A DNA stretch of 64,000 nt, taken from sequence record MN508624.2; one strand, 5' to 3'. The position numbers and the translations under genes were made by a program. The notes beneath the pieces are model-generated. The model saw only the letters and a list, made by a program, of their open reading frames with translations, did no database searches and was not told where the DNA came from. The stretch comes from Enterobacter phage EC-F2. Shown here in pieces: positions 1-9,168 of the stretch (position 1 is the first letter of the stretch; each line of letters opens with the position of its first letter).

Positions 1-23
1 TCTTTAGCAAAAAGTGCTATTTG

Positions 24-227
24 TTAAACCCGTTTCCCTTGATACCATTTCGGGAAAATAACCCGGTCAATAAAAGTTCTCCCCAAGTTGAAACTATCAC
101 CGAACAGGAGAACACCAAACAAAGGGTCGTGCTTGATATCGTTTTTCCCGACAGTCTTCATTTTCCCTTCGTGGATCACGGTGTCACCCACCGTGATATC
201 CTTGATGCTTACTTTTACATGATGCAT
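24..227 (-). CDS. hypothetical small protein (67 aa)
   Basis: ORF in same orientation as the early gene block; overlaps the stop of the upstream gene; no recognisable motif. Confidence 0.3.
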   Translation of the reverse strand: MHHVKVSIKDITVGDTVIHEGKMKTVGKNDIKHDPLFGVLLFGDSFNLGRTFIDRVIFPKWYQGKRV

Positions 228-377
228 ACAATCACCTCTGCGAGTTTAGCAGGTTTTGCTTCTGGTCTAACTTTCAACGCATCATTCAGATTCTTTTCAA
301 CCATTGCTACCGCGTCGTTTTCGTTGAAACCGTTCTTAACCAGGACTTTAACTACTTTGGCTTCTAAGTTTTTCATG
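215..377 (-). CDS. hypothetical small protein (54 aa, MKNLEAKVVKVL...). The annotated ORF extends to 499, but the ATG at 377 sits right after the conserved leader/SD.
   Basis: ATG preceded by AAGGAAC SD-like sequence and the conserved ACACACATCGAAACGAAACAGACAAAAGGAAC leader; a sigma70-like promoter lies upstream. Confidence 0.4.
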
Positions 378-413
378 ATGCGTTCCTTTTGTCTGTTTCG
401 TTTCGATGTGTGT

Positions 414-443
414 AATATACTGCATATCGAAATTTGGGTCAAT
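414..443 (-). promoter_or_regulatory. sigma70-like early promoter. Read on the minus strand: TTGACC -17 nt- TATATT. Followed by the conserved leader cassette.
   Basis: Reverse complement of 414-443 gives TTGACCcaaatttcgatatgcagTATATT; the conserved leader follows immediately. Confidence 0.5.
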
Positions 444-450
444 ACCCAAA

Positions 451-936
451 TCAAAGAAAATCGTATTTTTCTTTTAATTTTTCGTAATACGTATCCCATG
501 CGGCTTCGTCGTTGATGATCTCAGTACCGAACCGATAAGCACGTTTGCGCAGTTCGAAACGTTCACGGATACGCTCAACATTGATTTTCACTGATTCCGG
601 CGTTGGTTGCCAGTCCGCGCACAAATGACGATGAAACAGGGAGTTTGACAACGGACTAAGATCGAAATCTTCGTATGCACCGTCCATGTATTCTTTACCG
701 TTACGCGCAAGGTATTCAGCACGTAATGCAGCATGACGATCGCGAAGGTATCCCAGCTTATTGTAAAAGAAGGTTACGTGTCCGGTTCCCAGCGTATACA
801 CAGCAGGGATTTTTGACAGGTTGATTTTTGCCTTACCTGATAAAACGGCATTGGGAATGCGAGGGAGTTCGCGCAGTTCTGCGATCAGGTGTTCGTTCAG
901 CAGAAGAGAAGGATCGATTGTGTTAATACGTGTCAT
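451..936 (-). CDS. denV: endonuclease V (pyrimidine dimer DNA glycosylase), DenV homolog
   Basis: Internal start MTRINTIDPSLLLNEHLIAELRELPRIP...GTGHVTFFYNKL matches the T4 DenV N-terminus (MTRINLTLV...LMAEYRELPRV...GAGHVTFFYDKL, as I recall it). AAGGAGG RBS upstream of the ATG at 936. Confidence 0.75.
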   Translation of the reverse strand: MTRINTIDPSLLLNEHLIAELRELPRIPNAVLSGKAKINLSKIPAVYTLGTGHVTFFYNKLGYLRDRHAALRAEYLARNGKEYMDGAYEDFDLSPLSNSLFHRHLCADWQPTPESVKINVERIRERFELRKRAYRFGTEIINDEAAWDTYYEKLKEKYDFL

Positions 937-964
937 AGTTGCCTCCTTTTGGTATGTGCGCAAT

Positions 965-996
965 ATACAAAAAAGCCTCTTGCAATGCAAGAGGCT
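965..996 (-). terminator. rho-independent terminator (hairpin agcctcttgcaatgcaagaggct plus a T-run on the minus strand)
   Basis: GC-rich perfect hairpin followed by TTTTTT in the minus-strand reading, downstream of the 1004..1309 gene. Confidence 0.5.
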
Positions 997-1003
997 ATTA
1001 AAA

Positions 1004-1309
1004 TTATTTTGCCAGTGGTATAAGCATCTTTCGCATACCGCCGTTTTGTGTCGCATCATACACGCGTTTAGCTTCAATAAGGGAAAGTTCGATATGGTAT
1101 GATTTCCCTTTCCCGTCAAAATCAAACGTTACTGTGCCGCTTGCTACGCTTACATGAGTAAAGATGAACTCACCAGCGAAATGCTTTCGAAACGCTTTGT
1201 CATGATCTAGGAACCATTCAAACGCTTCTCCGTGCTGGTACAGTCTGACGATAATCATTGAAACTATGACGAAAATCAGAACTGCTGCGACGATCGTAAG
1301 TTCTTTCAT
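1004..1309 (-). CDS. hypothetical membrane-anchored protein
   Basis: N-terminal hydrophobic helix LTIVAAVLIFVIVSMIIV; the ATG overlaps the stop of the upstream ORF (ATGA). Confidence 0.45.
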   Translation of the reverse strand: MKELTIVAAVLIFVIVSMIIVRLYQHGEAFEWFLDHDKAFRKHFAGEFIFTHVSVASGTVTFDFDGKGKSYHIELSLIEAKRVYDATQNGGMRKMLIPLAK

Positions 1310-1518
1310 CACTTACCCCTGTTTACAGATTGACGGTGCAGCACACGGTTAACGCGTGGCGCTTGATACGGTTTCATTTTGTACGGTGTTGGATCAGAGT
1401 ATTCGATCCGGTTCGGCATTGCGTACAGTTCAACGCGTGGTTGAATCCAGCGGATTGAGTCGATTAACCCTTGAGTTAACGCACGACCGAAACCTACACC
1501 AACTAAACATAAACGCAT
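1309..1518 (-). CDS. hypothetical protein (69 aa)
   Basis: ORF in operon orientation; stop overlaps the downstream start. Confidence 0.35.
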   Translation of the reverse strand: MRLCLVGVGFGRALTQGLIDSIRWIQPRVELYAMPNRIEYSDPTPYKMKPYQAPRVNRVLHRQSVNRGK

Positions 1519-1527
1519 AATATCCCC

Positions 1528-1671
1528 TTACTGTGCCAGAATGTGAAGCCATTCACCTAACCACACGATCGCCTGATAAGACAACCACACCGCACCGGAT
1601 ACACACGCAATCACACCAATGATCGCAAATCCGATTAAAATGTTCAAACCTTCTTTCAAATCACCAAACAT
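1528..1671 (-). CDS. small hydrophobic protein (about 47 aa; not in the ORF table)
   Basis: Minus-strand ATG at 1669-1671 preceded by GAGGA; translation MFGDLKEGLNILIGFAIIGVIACVSGAVWLSYQAIVWLGEWLHILAQ contains one TM helix. Confidence 0.3.
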   Translation of the reverse strand: MFGDLKEGLNILIGFAIIGVIACVSGAVWLSYQAIVWLGEWLHILAQ

Positions 1672-1704
1672 GTTTCATCCTCTTTTGTTTCAGTCCCTAC
1701 AAAA

Positions 1705-1740
1705 TAACAAAGCCCCTGCACGAATGCAAGGGCTTTTTAT
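1705..1740. terminator. bidirectional rho-independent terminator (agcccctgcacgaatgcaagggct)
   Basis: Hairpin flanked by an A-run on one side and a T-run on the other; lies after the stop of the LysM gene. Confidence 0.5.
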
Positions 1741-2021
1741 CATAATTCGACTAACTGAGGCAATTTCAGAACCATCCCCGGAAGGATATAGCTTGCATTA
1801 CTAACGGTTTTACGGTTCAACTTAGCGATAGACTGCCAGCGCTCACCACAACCGTATAATTTTTCAGCGATTGAATACATGCTATCGCCAGGCTGAACAA
1901 CATATTCATCGTATTCGACTTTAACGAACGCGGGGTTCATGAGAATGTCAAACATCTGCGCTTTTGCTTCGTTCAGTGTTTTTGCATGTACAGTTTTACC
2001 CACAAATGATAATTTAATCAT
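1740..2021 (-). CDS. LysM-domain protein
   Basis: YVVQPGDSMYSIAEKLYGCGERWQSIAKLN fits the LysM consensus. Confidence 0.55.
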   Translation of the reverse strand: MIKLSFVGKTVHAKTLNEAKAQMFDILMNPAFVKVEYDEYVVQPGDSMYSIAEKLYGCGERWQSIAKLNRKTVSNASYILPGMVLKLPQLVEL

Positions 2022-2689
2022 CTTTTCCTCGGCAGACTCAATGGATCGGTTTCTTCTTCACTTGGGGGTTCTTCCAGCCCCAGCGCATATCTCAATGAAT
2101 AGACTATCATCAAAACATCTTTCGCGCAATCGTGAATTGAATTATGCATCACAAAACCATCAAGTAACCCTTTCCGAAGAGGACAGGTCGAAGCATCACG
2201 CGTTAACAGGCGGTTTTCGATACATGTACGCACATCGCGACTATTCCAGAACACGGTCGGCATATCTTCGAAGATGTCGATCTTACCAACCATCTTACGC
2301 ACGATATCAACCAGGATACCGCGATCGAATTCAGGGCCGCGAACGTAATCGAGTGATTGCCAACGGCTCACACCGTCCGCTTTCAGGTCTTCGAAGAATT
2401 GTCTGTGTCCTGCATACAGTTCCAAATCCTCCGGCGACGGTTTCAGGATTGTGCGGGCTTCTTCGCTTTGTTGTTTCCACCAGGCGATTGTTCCCTGATC
2501 GGCAATACGATCGGGCTGATTACGCAAATCGAATTTGTATTTGCGTCCCCTTGCAACCAGTTCCGCGAACGTTGGCGGGTTGTGTGGATCATCAACAAAC
2601 GGAACGTATGAGAGTTCGATCACCTTCCCGTTCGGGGAAGGACCAACCGTTTCATAATCCCATACGTAATCTACGGGTAAATGACTCAT
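2018..2689 (-). CDS. dexA: DnaQ-like 3'-5' exonuclease, probable exonuclease A
   Basis: Exo I motif VWDYETVG and Exo III motif HNSIHDCAKD; position downstream of dda as in T4; 223 aa versus T4 DexA 227 aa. Confidence 0.6.
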   Translation of the reverse strand: MSHLPVDYVWDYETVGPSPNGKVIELSYVPFVDDPHNPPTFAELVARGRKYKFDLRNQPDRIADQGTIAWWKQQSEEARTILKPSPEDLELYAGHRQFFEDLKADGVSRWQSLDYVRGPEFDRGILVDIVRKMVGKIDIFEDMPTVFWNSRDVRTCIENRLLTRDASTCPLRKGLLDGFVMHNSIHDCAKDVLMIVYSLRYALGLEEPPSEEETDPLSLPRKR

Positions 2690-2997
2690 GAACTTCTCCG
2701 CTTGTACTCTTCCATGAAGTATGCCAGCGTAAGCGCAACTTCTGGGTTGATGTCGAATGTTCGGATCTCTTCGCTAGCCATTGACATCATTCCGAACTGA
2801 CGCAAACCGCAATGATAGATCGCTTTTTCCAGGCGGCTTGCATTTTCAACAGCTTCCATGAATTCATAGAGCAAATCAATATCAATATTCACCGGAAGGT
2901 CTGTGCGTGGAGTTTTGAAAATCAGGTCTGCAATTGCTTCCGCGTGGAGGCGTGGGATCTGGATAGATACATCTTTTTTCATGATATTAGTGTCCAT
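2686..2997 (-). CDS. hypothetical protein (103 aa)
   Basis: ORF with overlapping start and stop, in operon orientation. Confidence 0.4.
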   Translation of the reverse strand: MDTNIMKKDVSIQIPRLHAEAIADLIFKTPRTDLPVNIDIDLLYEFMEAVENASRLEKAIYHCGLRQFGMMSMASEEIRTFDINPEVALTLAYFMEEYKRRSS

Positions 2998-3293
2998 ATG
3001 TCTTTATCTTCACGAATGTTTCGTGCCATTCTAAGGATCAGCACGATAACGCCATATTCATCATAAGTCAGTTCAACTTCTTTTGCAATAGGAGACCATG
3101 AATAACTTGGCCCGTTCGGAGAATAAAGAACATCGTTAGACTTTTCAATGAAGCGCAAACGGTGAATAACTTCTTGCGGATCTGCTGCGCTATACATCCC
3201 GAACACATTGACCGCATGTGGATCTTTTTCTCGAATTTTATCGAGTGCTTCAAGAATTCGGGGAATGTCTTTTACAAGGATAGTCAATTTCAT
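2979..3293 (-). CDS. hypothetical protein (104 aa)
   Basis: ORF in operon orientation downstream of dda. Confidence 0.4.
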   Translation of the reverse strand: MKLTILVKDIPRILEALDKIREKDPHAVNVFGMYSAADPQEVIHRLRFIEKSNDVLYSPNGPSYSWSPIAKEVELTYDEYGVIVLILRMARNIREDKDIWTLIS

Positions 3294-3302
3294 AATAACC
3301 TC

Positions 3303-3322
3303 AAAAGGGGCAAAGCCCCTTA
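3303..3322 (-). terminator. rho-independent terminator (ggggcaaagcccc)
   Basis: Hairpin plus T-run on the minus strand, immediately after the dda stop. Confidence 0.4.
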
Positions 3323-4651
3323 TACATAATCAACGGTGTAACGTGCGCGGGTTACGCCCACATAGATTAACTGCTTACACAGATCGTAATCTGCGAACGC
3401 ATACGCATCGCGCGTGTACATATACGCATGGTCATACGTGCTCCCCTGTGATTTGTGATACGTGCAAACCGGAAGAGGCTTAACATCCTGGAACTTGTTT
3501 TTAATCGCCCAGAACGAATGCCACGGGGCTTTATAGCCTGTTTGCTGCTTGATGCGCTTATAAGTGCTCGCAACGTAGGCCAGATAGTTACCCAGACGGT
3601 CTTTCATCACCGGATCAACAACAACCTGAATCTGTGCTTCGGTTTCCTCTTCGAGCGATACCGTTTTCAGAAGATAGAATTCAAGTTCGATCTTCTCGTC
3701 GCACTTCTCCGCCTTGATAACTTCCCGACGCGGGATGATTTCTAAGACTCGGATTTTTTCGTTGTTGTTATAAACAATCTCGGTGAAGATCTGCCCGTTC
3801 AACCGCATTTCCTGAACTAACGGTTCCTGCATCACGATCACTTCATCGAGAATGAAAGGTTCTGTTGTTTTGTACAGGTGTTTACGGATCGTTGCGTTCA
3901 GCTTGTCCACGTTGTCGTTAGTGTAAGCGAACATGCGGTTCTCGATCAAGTCATCCGGCGTTTTGACACGGCGGAAATACTGACGGAGGAAGTCAACAGC
4001 GTTAGCATGTTGGAACACACCCAGATCACCGACAGACATCGGTTTCAGCATCTTACCATCACGTACAGCCCGTGAAACCTGAATAATCGGGTTCCCTTCT
4101 GCCTGACGCATGATTTTATCCATACGGATAACATCAAAGATTTCTTCATCAAAGAACGGGGAGAGTTCAACACGTCCATCGGCGTTTACCGGACGGATCT
4201 GATCTTTATCACCCAGTCCCAGAATAACAGCGTTGCTTGGAATACTGCGCCGGATGATTCGGAACAGATCCATATCAACCATCGAGACTTCTTCAACAAC
4301 GAACACGCGACAGGTAGACAGATCAGGCGCTTTCTTGCCTTTCTGCTGTTCGAACACACGCAGTTCTTCGTTTGTCACAGGGCTAATCTTCAATGCAGAA
4401 TGAATCGTTGTTGCGTCCATTCCGGTAGCCGCTGCTAACACGTTTTTAGCCTGGTGTGTTGGGGCAGTTAACCAAATACCGCTAATCCCCAACCCTTTCA
4501 GAGTGTTAAAGACAAACTTAACCAGTGTTGTTTTACCAACACCAGGGCCACCCGTAATAGTTGTATGAATGGCGTTCTGGATGTTGTGGATCACGCGATC
4601 ATGCGCGGACTTCTGATCGTCACTCAGATCATCAAATGTTAACTCGCTCAT
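3320..4651 (-). CDS. dda: Dda-type SF1 DNA helicase
   Basis: Walker A GGPGVGKTT near the N-terminus; 443 aa versus T4 Dda 439 aa; synteny with dexA. Confidence 0.85.
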   Translation of the reverse strand: MSELTFDDLSDDQKSAHDRVIHNIQNAIHTTITGGPGVGKTTLVKFVFNTLKGLGISGIWLTAPTHQAKNVLAAATGMDATTIHSALKISPVTNEELRVFEQQKGKKAPDLSTCRVFVVEEVSMVDMDLFRIIRRSIPSNAVILGLGDKDQIRPVNADGRVELSPFFDEEIFDVIRMDKIMRQAEGNPIIQVSRAVRDGKMLKPMSVGDLGVFQHANAVDFLRQYFRRVKTPDDLIENRMFAYTNDNVDKLNATIRKHLYKTTEPFILDEVIVMQEPLVQEMRLNGQIFTEIVYNNNEKIRVLEIIPRREVIKAEKCDEKIELEFYLLKTVSLEEETEAQIQVVVDPVMKDRLGNYLAYVASTYKRIKQQTGYKAPWHSFWAIKNKFQDVKPLPVCTYHKSQGSTYDHAYMYTRDAYAFADYDLCKQLIYVGVTRARYTVDYV

Positions 4652-4935
4652 AATTTGAGTAATACCCCTTGAATTTTCGAATTCTCAATAAACCAACGCA
4701 TCTCTTTTTTCTGTTCTTCGGTTGCTGGTAGTTGCTCGGTTTTGCGGAAGAAACTGAAACGCGGTTCGTCCGGCGTGTAGTTCAGTTTGGTTTCGTAGCA
4801 CTTGCGGATAAAATCTAATTTATCTTTTGCAAGTTGCGGTGATGCAAACAGTTCCGGCGTTTTCCCGTTTTCAACGTGTGGAATAGTAAAGCCGTCTTTG
4901 TCTTTCGTAACAATGATATAGTATTTGTCAATCAT
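4648..4935 (-). CDS. hypothetical protein (95 aa)
   Basis: ORF with ATGA-type overlaps. Confidence 0.4.
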   Translation of the reverse strand: MIDKYYIIVTKDKDGFTIPHVENGKTPELFASPQLAKDKLDFIRKCYETKLNYTPDEPRFSFFRKTEQLPATEEQKKEMRWFIENSKIQGVLLKL

Positions 4936-5114
4936 TTTCGCCCCTCATAGATGACGTAGAAAAAACCTATAACCCATAGCAATGATATTACTATCAAAGC
5001 GGCTTTTCTGTCAACACCGTTAACGTGGAAAACGCACCATCCGAAGAGATACGTTATCACCGCGCAAACGATATAAGACAAAGCAAATACGGCATGTAGC
5101 GCGGTGAGTTCCAT
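4932..5114 (-). CDS. small membrane protein (60 aa)
   Basis: Two predicted TM helices (ALSYIVCAVITYLFGW, LIVISLLWVIGFFYVIY). Confidence 0.4.
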   Translation of the reverse strand: MELTALHAVFALSYIVCAVITYLFGWCVFHVNGVDRKAALIVISLLWVIGFFYVIYEGRK

Positions 5115-5647
5115 TAGTAGTTGTTAGCCCAACGACGCAGGTTTTCCGCCTGTTTCAGAGCATACAGCTTGTAGATGGTTTCCGCATCCAGTCCCAGCGC
5201 GAGGAACTTACACATGAAGAAGTGCCACTGGTCAATCAGTTCAAACAGGATTTCCAGTTTGTCTTCTTCTTTCATTTCTGCGAATACCTGATTACGCAGT
5301 TCCTGGTGATTTGCTTTCCACGGTTTCCATACACCGGAAGCCGCTTTTGCACCGCGAGACATACCACCCAGAGCGGTGTAAAGTTCGCGGGTTTCGTCTG
5401 CGATCGCATCATCTTGCAGTTTCAGCCAGTCCAGAATATCACCGCACGTTTTCAGGTTATCAGGGCGCGGAACCCATGAAAGGGTATCGGACAGGCTTTG
5501 CTGTGCGTGGTTTTGCAGATCCAGCATTGATTGCAGCGGGTCGCCGTTACGTGCCAGAATCTTTTGATATTCATTATCTACGAATTCCAGATCGGCAGGG
5601 TTAACCAGGTGCGCACAGCTATTAAACACAGGAGTTTTATCAGTCAT
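5114..5647 (-). CDS. 56: MazG-like dNTP pyrophosphatase, gp56 (dCTPase/dUTPase)-like
   Basis: N-terminus ...FNSCAHLVNP resembles T4 gp56 MAHFNECAHLIEG (from memory); all-alpha composition with an E..TRE motif; 177 aa versus T4 171 aa. Confidence 0.5.
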   Translation of the reverse strand: MTDKTPVFNSCAHLVNPADLEFVDNEYQKILARNGDPLQSMLDLQNHAQQSLSDTLSWVPRPDNLKTCGDILDWLKLQDDAIADETRELYTALGGMSRGAKAASGVWKPWKANHQELRNQVFAEMKEEDKLEILFELIDQWHFFMCKFLALGLDAETIYKLYALKQAENLRRWANNY

Positions 5648-5654
5648 ATCAATC

Positions 5655-6680
5655 TCATTTTTTCGGTGATTTGTTCCACGACTTAAACCGAAGTTTTGCC
5701 GTGAGTCCAGAAACAGTATTATCTTTCAAATACTGCATGATTTCAAGTTTAGTTGCGCCGTCAGTTTTTATCATTTCGTTGATATCTTTTGACGGCCACG
5801 GGCATTTGTCCCACAACACAACCTTTTCGCCAGCCTCAATCAATTTTAAAAGGCGGTGAGTAGTATCAGGGTGTCTCGCTTCATTGTCAAGAACCCAGAC
5901 ACGCATATTTTTATACGGAACATCGGACAGCGCCATTTGTCCGCCCGTAATCGCACCAGCATTATCTACAAACAGGCTATCCAGCGGCCCTTCAAGCAGG
6001 TAGACAGGTTTCAACGGATCGATGGTATCTTGACCATACACTTTCGTTGAGTGTTCACATGCTTTGATTGTCATGTATTTTGCGTTGGCATTGTCACGTA
6101 AGGCACGTCCCTGGAATGACTCGATTTTACCCTTTTCATCAAAGATAGGGATCACCAAACGTGGTTCATCCTTCGGTAAAGGGTATGCGTCCGCATTCAC
6201 AGAATTAACCAGGTGTTGCCATTGACGCGTAAACCAGAGGCGATCATATTTGTCTTTAGGTATGTGACGACCTGCAACATACTTAACGATAGGGTGATTT
6301 TCTGGCAACGTGTCCAGACGTTCGCAGAACTGCAATTCAGGAATATATTTCTTTTCTTCCTTCGGCGGTTCTTCGTGCGTCTGTTTTAAATCTTTACGAT
6401 CCTTGAAAGATTCCATCAAATACGCCGTGTAATCATCCGGGTAATAATCTTTCAGAAACACAGAAAACGGCTTGCTGTAGTTGCAGTTAAAACAACCACA
6501 CATCATGTGTGTGCCTCGTTTTGATGGAAAGATCCAAAAACGTTTTTTGTGCTTATCCTTCATGGAGTCGCCACAAATCGGACAACGGGAATGGATACTG
6601 AATTCCCCACCCCGTCGAACGATTTCGCTTTGTGGTAATGATCCCATGATACGAGTTGCGAACTCTATATCAAGATACAT
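5655..6680 (-). CDS. 61: DNA primase gp61
   Basis: N-terminal zinc-binding motif CPICGDS...CGCFNCNY and central TOPRIM-like region; 341 aa versus T4 342 aa; downstream of gp41 as in T4. Confidence 0.85.
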   Translation of the reverse strand: MYLDIEFATRIMGSLPQSEIVRRGGEFSIHSRCPICGDSMKDKHKKRFWIFPSKRGTHMMCGCFNCNYSKPFSVFLKDYYPDDYTAYLMESFKDRKDLKQTHEEPPKEEKKYIPELQFCERLDTLPENHPIVKYVAGRHIPKDKYDRLWFTRQWQHLVNSVNADAYPLPKDEPRLVIPIFDEKGKIESFQGRALRDNANAKYMTIKACEHSTKVYGQDTIDPLKPVYLLEGPLDSLFVDNAGAITGGQMALSDVPYKNMRVWVLDNEARHPDTTHRLLKLIEAGEKVVLWDKCPWPSKDINEMIKTDGATKLEIMQYLKDNTVSGLTAKLRFKSWNKSPKK

Positions 6681-6688
6681 GTTTACCT

Positions 6689-6910
6689 CTATCGGCTAAC
6701 TTCTTTCTCTGTGCCGTCTAAAGTGATTTTCCATTCATAGAATATCTTATAAAACGGATAAGGTCTAGGAATATCAACACCCGATGATGTTTTTCTTTCG
6801 TTCGTGTACACGATCGCTGTGTCGCTCATGTACTTGATACGGATAGGAAACCAGGTGTAATTGTTCGCAGTAACCCAGATCCGATAATTCAATGGCGGTA
6901 ATGGTTTCAT
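6689..6910 (-). CDS. hypothetical protein (73 aa)
   Basis: ORF in operon orientation. Confidence 0.35.
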   Translation of the reverse strand: MKPLPPLNYRIWVTANNYTWFPIRIKYMSDTAIVYTNERKTSSGVDIPRPYPFYKIFYEWKITLDGTEKEVSR

Positions 6911-7398
6911 TCTTCACTCTTCATGATTTTACGTTTGCGTTTATGCGGACGTGTAGAACCCAGAACCTTCGGCCCTTTGTTCGTGATCGCGCCTGTAGTC
7001 ACACCCGAAGCAATATTATCCACACTTCCGCCTGAATCACCTGCAACCATTTCTTCGTTGAGTCTTTCGCGAAGTTCTGGGAGGTTCATCATGATTTCTT
7101 CGTGCTCTTGCTCGGTCAGGTTCCAGCGGTTCCGTAACGAGTCATACGCGCTCGTAAGGTTCATGAACCCAGACATATAAGGAACCGCGTTTAAACGGCG
7201 CTTAATGTGTCTCACAGAGCGATGGAATGGGGAATATGCTTCCAGTTCTTCCTTCGTCTTCGGGTTCTTGATTACTTCCCCTTGACCGTCGATGATACCC
7301 AGCTTGTAAGCCGTCCATTCAGTCCAGGGCTTTTTCAGTAGGCGAATCATTCGCACACTGTAGGTCAAATCCATGTTTTTGATTAATTGATCGCTCAT
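6907..7398 (-). CDS. hypothetical protein with a highly basic C-terminus (PHKRKRKIMK)
   Basis: 163-aa ORF directly downstream of the MTase gene; the Lys/Arg-rich tail suggests nucleic-acid binding. Confidence 0.4.
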   Translation of the reverse strand: MSDQLIKNMDLTYSVRMIRLLKKPWTEWTAYKLGIIDGQGEVIKNPKTKEELEAYSPFHRSVRHIKRRLNAVPYMSGFMNLTSAYDSLRNRWNLTEQEHEEIMMNLPELRERLNEEMVAGDSGGSVDNIASGVTTGAITNKGPKVLGSTRPHKRKRKIMKSEE

Positions 7399-7403
7399 AT
7401 TCT

Positions 7404-8189
7404 TTACTCTATTGTGAAAGTGAAAAGGTTTTGCGCGGGTTCTGGCTCCGGTTCGGGGAATTCCATACAGACAACTTCACACATCGGTTTCACGCCTTTC
7501 CATTCTTCCAGATAATATCCGGTATCAATGCCGCAACCTGGTTGCATTTCAAGGCCAGTTTCATCAAGAAACTTTTTGCATTTCGATGTTGTCGTTGATT
7601 CGTCCTGTTGGAAATAACGCCGTCCAGAGTAACGGAAATTCGCGGACATCTGCGGGAGAATGAACGTACCCGCACGGGCAATCTGTGAAGCACGTTCAAT
7701 CACTTTATATTCAAATTCCGCGCCCGTATACTTACCCTTAAAATCGGATGTCTTTATCTTGCCGAAAGGCGGATTGCTGATCGCCATATCAAACATAGTA
7801 TCAAACTCCGTCGTTAACGCGTCTGCGTTAATCCAGGTCGCTTCCGGTACGATACGCTTACCCAACTTATAGTATGTATGGTTTAACTCCACACAGACGA
7901 TTTCACGCGGTTTGGCGTACATCATCATATGAAGCATCGCGAAGGATAGCCCACCGATACCCGCGCACAGGTCAACAACGCTTCCACTGGTACAAGCATC
8001 AATGGTGAAATCGCGAGCAAGTCCGATCGGGGTAAAGAATGCACCCAGTTCAGAGTTATTCGTAAATGCACCTTCATGGAAGTTTTCGATAATGAATAAT
8101 TTTTCGTCGTAGGTTAGCGCCTTGTCAGACTCCACCAGATCCATTATCTTGTTGTGTTGTTTGGTTTCCGCTTTCGTTAACTTCGCCAT
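7404..8189 (-). CDS. N6-adenine DNA methyltransferase (motif I before motif IV, gamma-like order)
   Basis: Motif I VVDLCAGIGGLSF (FxGxG) followed about 65 aa later by motif IV NPPFGK; 261 aa. Confidence 0.75.
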   Translation of the reverse strand: MAKLTKAETKQHNKIMDLVESDKALTYDEKLFIIENFHEGAFTNNSELGAFFTPIGLARDFTIDACTSGSVVDLCAGIGGLSFAMLHMMMYAKPREIVCVELNHTYYKLGKRIVPEATWINADALTTEFDTMFDMAISNPPFGKIKTSDFKGKYTGAEFEYKVIERASQIARAGTFILPQMSANFRYSGRRYFQQDESTTTSKCKKFLDETGLEMQPGCGIDTGYYLEEWKGVKPMCEVVCMEFPEPEPEPAQNLFTFTIE

Positions 8190-8511
8190 TGACCTTTTCC
8201 GGTAATAAGAACAGAGGGGTAGATTCTACCACATCAAAGCCCCAGTCATCAACAATATTGCTTTCCCAGTCGCGGGTTTCCCACGGGCTGCAAATCCACT
8301 TATACACCCCAGCAGGATCTTCAACCTGTTCAGGCATACCCAGCATTTCCGCATTGATACCTTCGTCCAGATAGCCAGGATGAATATTAGGCCAGCGCAT
8401 GATATCAACGTAGCCTTTATCATCAACTGATACGATCCATTCGGAACGATACGGACTATCGAACTTCGGTTCTTCTTCGTCTGGAAGTATCATATCTAAT
8501 AAATCACTCAT
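8125..8511 (-). CDS. hypothetical acidic protein (128 aa)
   Basis: ORF whose 3' end overlaps the MTase start by about 60 nt in another frame. Confidence 0.35.
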   Translation of the reverse strand: MSDLLDMILPDEEEPKFDSPYRSEWIVSVDDKGYVDIMRWPNIHPGYLDEGINAEMLGMPEQVEDPAGVYKWICSPWETRDWESNIVDDWGFDVVESTPLFLLPEKVNGEVNESGNQTTQQDNGSGGV

Positions 8512-8738
8512 TTCACTAAACCTTCTTTAACGCCCTCTTTCATGGCTTTCAGAACACCGATAAAAGCGTCTTTGCCACCGATAGCGCCGATGATAAGCAT
8601 CAGGACACCAACACAACCCGCTAAACCGATTCTGAACAGGTTCCATGCAAACGGGATAGCCAGAAGCACTAACCACGGGAACGGAAATCCCATAAGTGCG
8701 TTTAGAACCAGTAAGATAAAAGCGATTGCAAGTTTCAT
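8508..8738 (-). CDS. small membrane protein (start trimmed to the internal ATG with AAGGAGG RBS)
   Basis: Two TM helices; RBS caaacaaaggaggacatcATG. Confidence 0.4.
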   Translation of the reverse strand: MKLAIAFILLVLNALMGFPFPWLVLLAIPFAWNLFRIGLAGCVGVLMLIIGAIGGKDAFIGVLKAMKEGVKEGLVK

Positions 8739-8803
8739 GATGTCCTCCTTTGTTTGTTTAGAATAAGGTATCACCTTTCGAGAAGGATTGCAATACCTAC
8801 AGA

Positions 8804-8829
8804 TACAAAAAAGCCCCTTTCGGGGCTTA
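8804..8829 (-). terminator. rho-independent terminator (aagcccctttcggggctt)
   Basis: Perfect hairpin plus T-run on the minus strand after the 8833 gene. Confidence 0.5.
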
Positions 8830-8832
8830 ATT

Positions 8833-9087
8833 TTATGCTTTGTTGATTAGATACCGAAGAACGTTTTTGGCCTGAACTTCGTTACAGCAGAGTTTGAATT
8901 CTGGGTCGATTGGGAGGAAGCCCCAGAGGAAATCAACGCTACCTTCAACATCTGCTTTCCCACTTTTCAGCATTTCAACCAGCAAACCTCTGTTTACTAC
9001 GCTGTTCACTACTGCATCGAAATAACCCGCGCTGAAATCCAGTTCTGGGTTCATCACTTCGTCGTATGGGTTGTTCAGTAAGTTCAT
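8833..9087 (-). CDS. hypothetical protein (84 aa)
   Basis: ORF in operon orientation. Confidence 0.4.
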   Translation of the reverse strand: MNLLNNPYDEVMNPELDFSAGYFDAVVNSVVNRGLLVEMLKSGKADVEGSVDFLWGFLPIDPEFKLCCNEVQAKNVLRYLINKA

Positions 9088-9168
9088 TTGGTATCTCCTT
9101 TAATCCGTTTCGTTGTCTACGGGAGTCATATTATCACAATCATAACTCCCGTCAACCCCTAATCAGGA

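Noticed and set aside
21-515. 164-aa plus-strand ORF, and the similar FCLFRFDVCNI peptide in the minus ORF at 44565-44882
   Set aside because: Antisense to denV and the small minus-strand genes. The shared peptide is simply the six-frame translation of the repeated DNA leader cassette, not a protein family.
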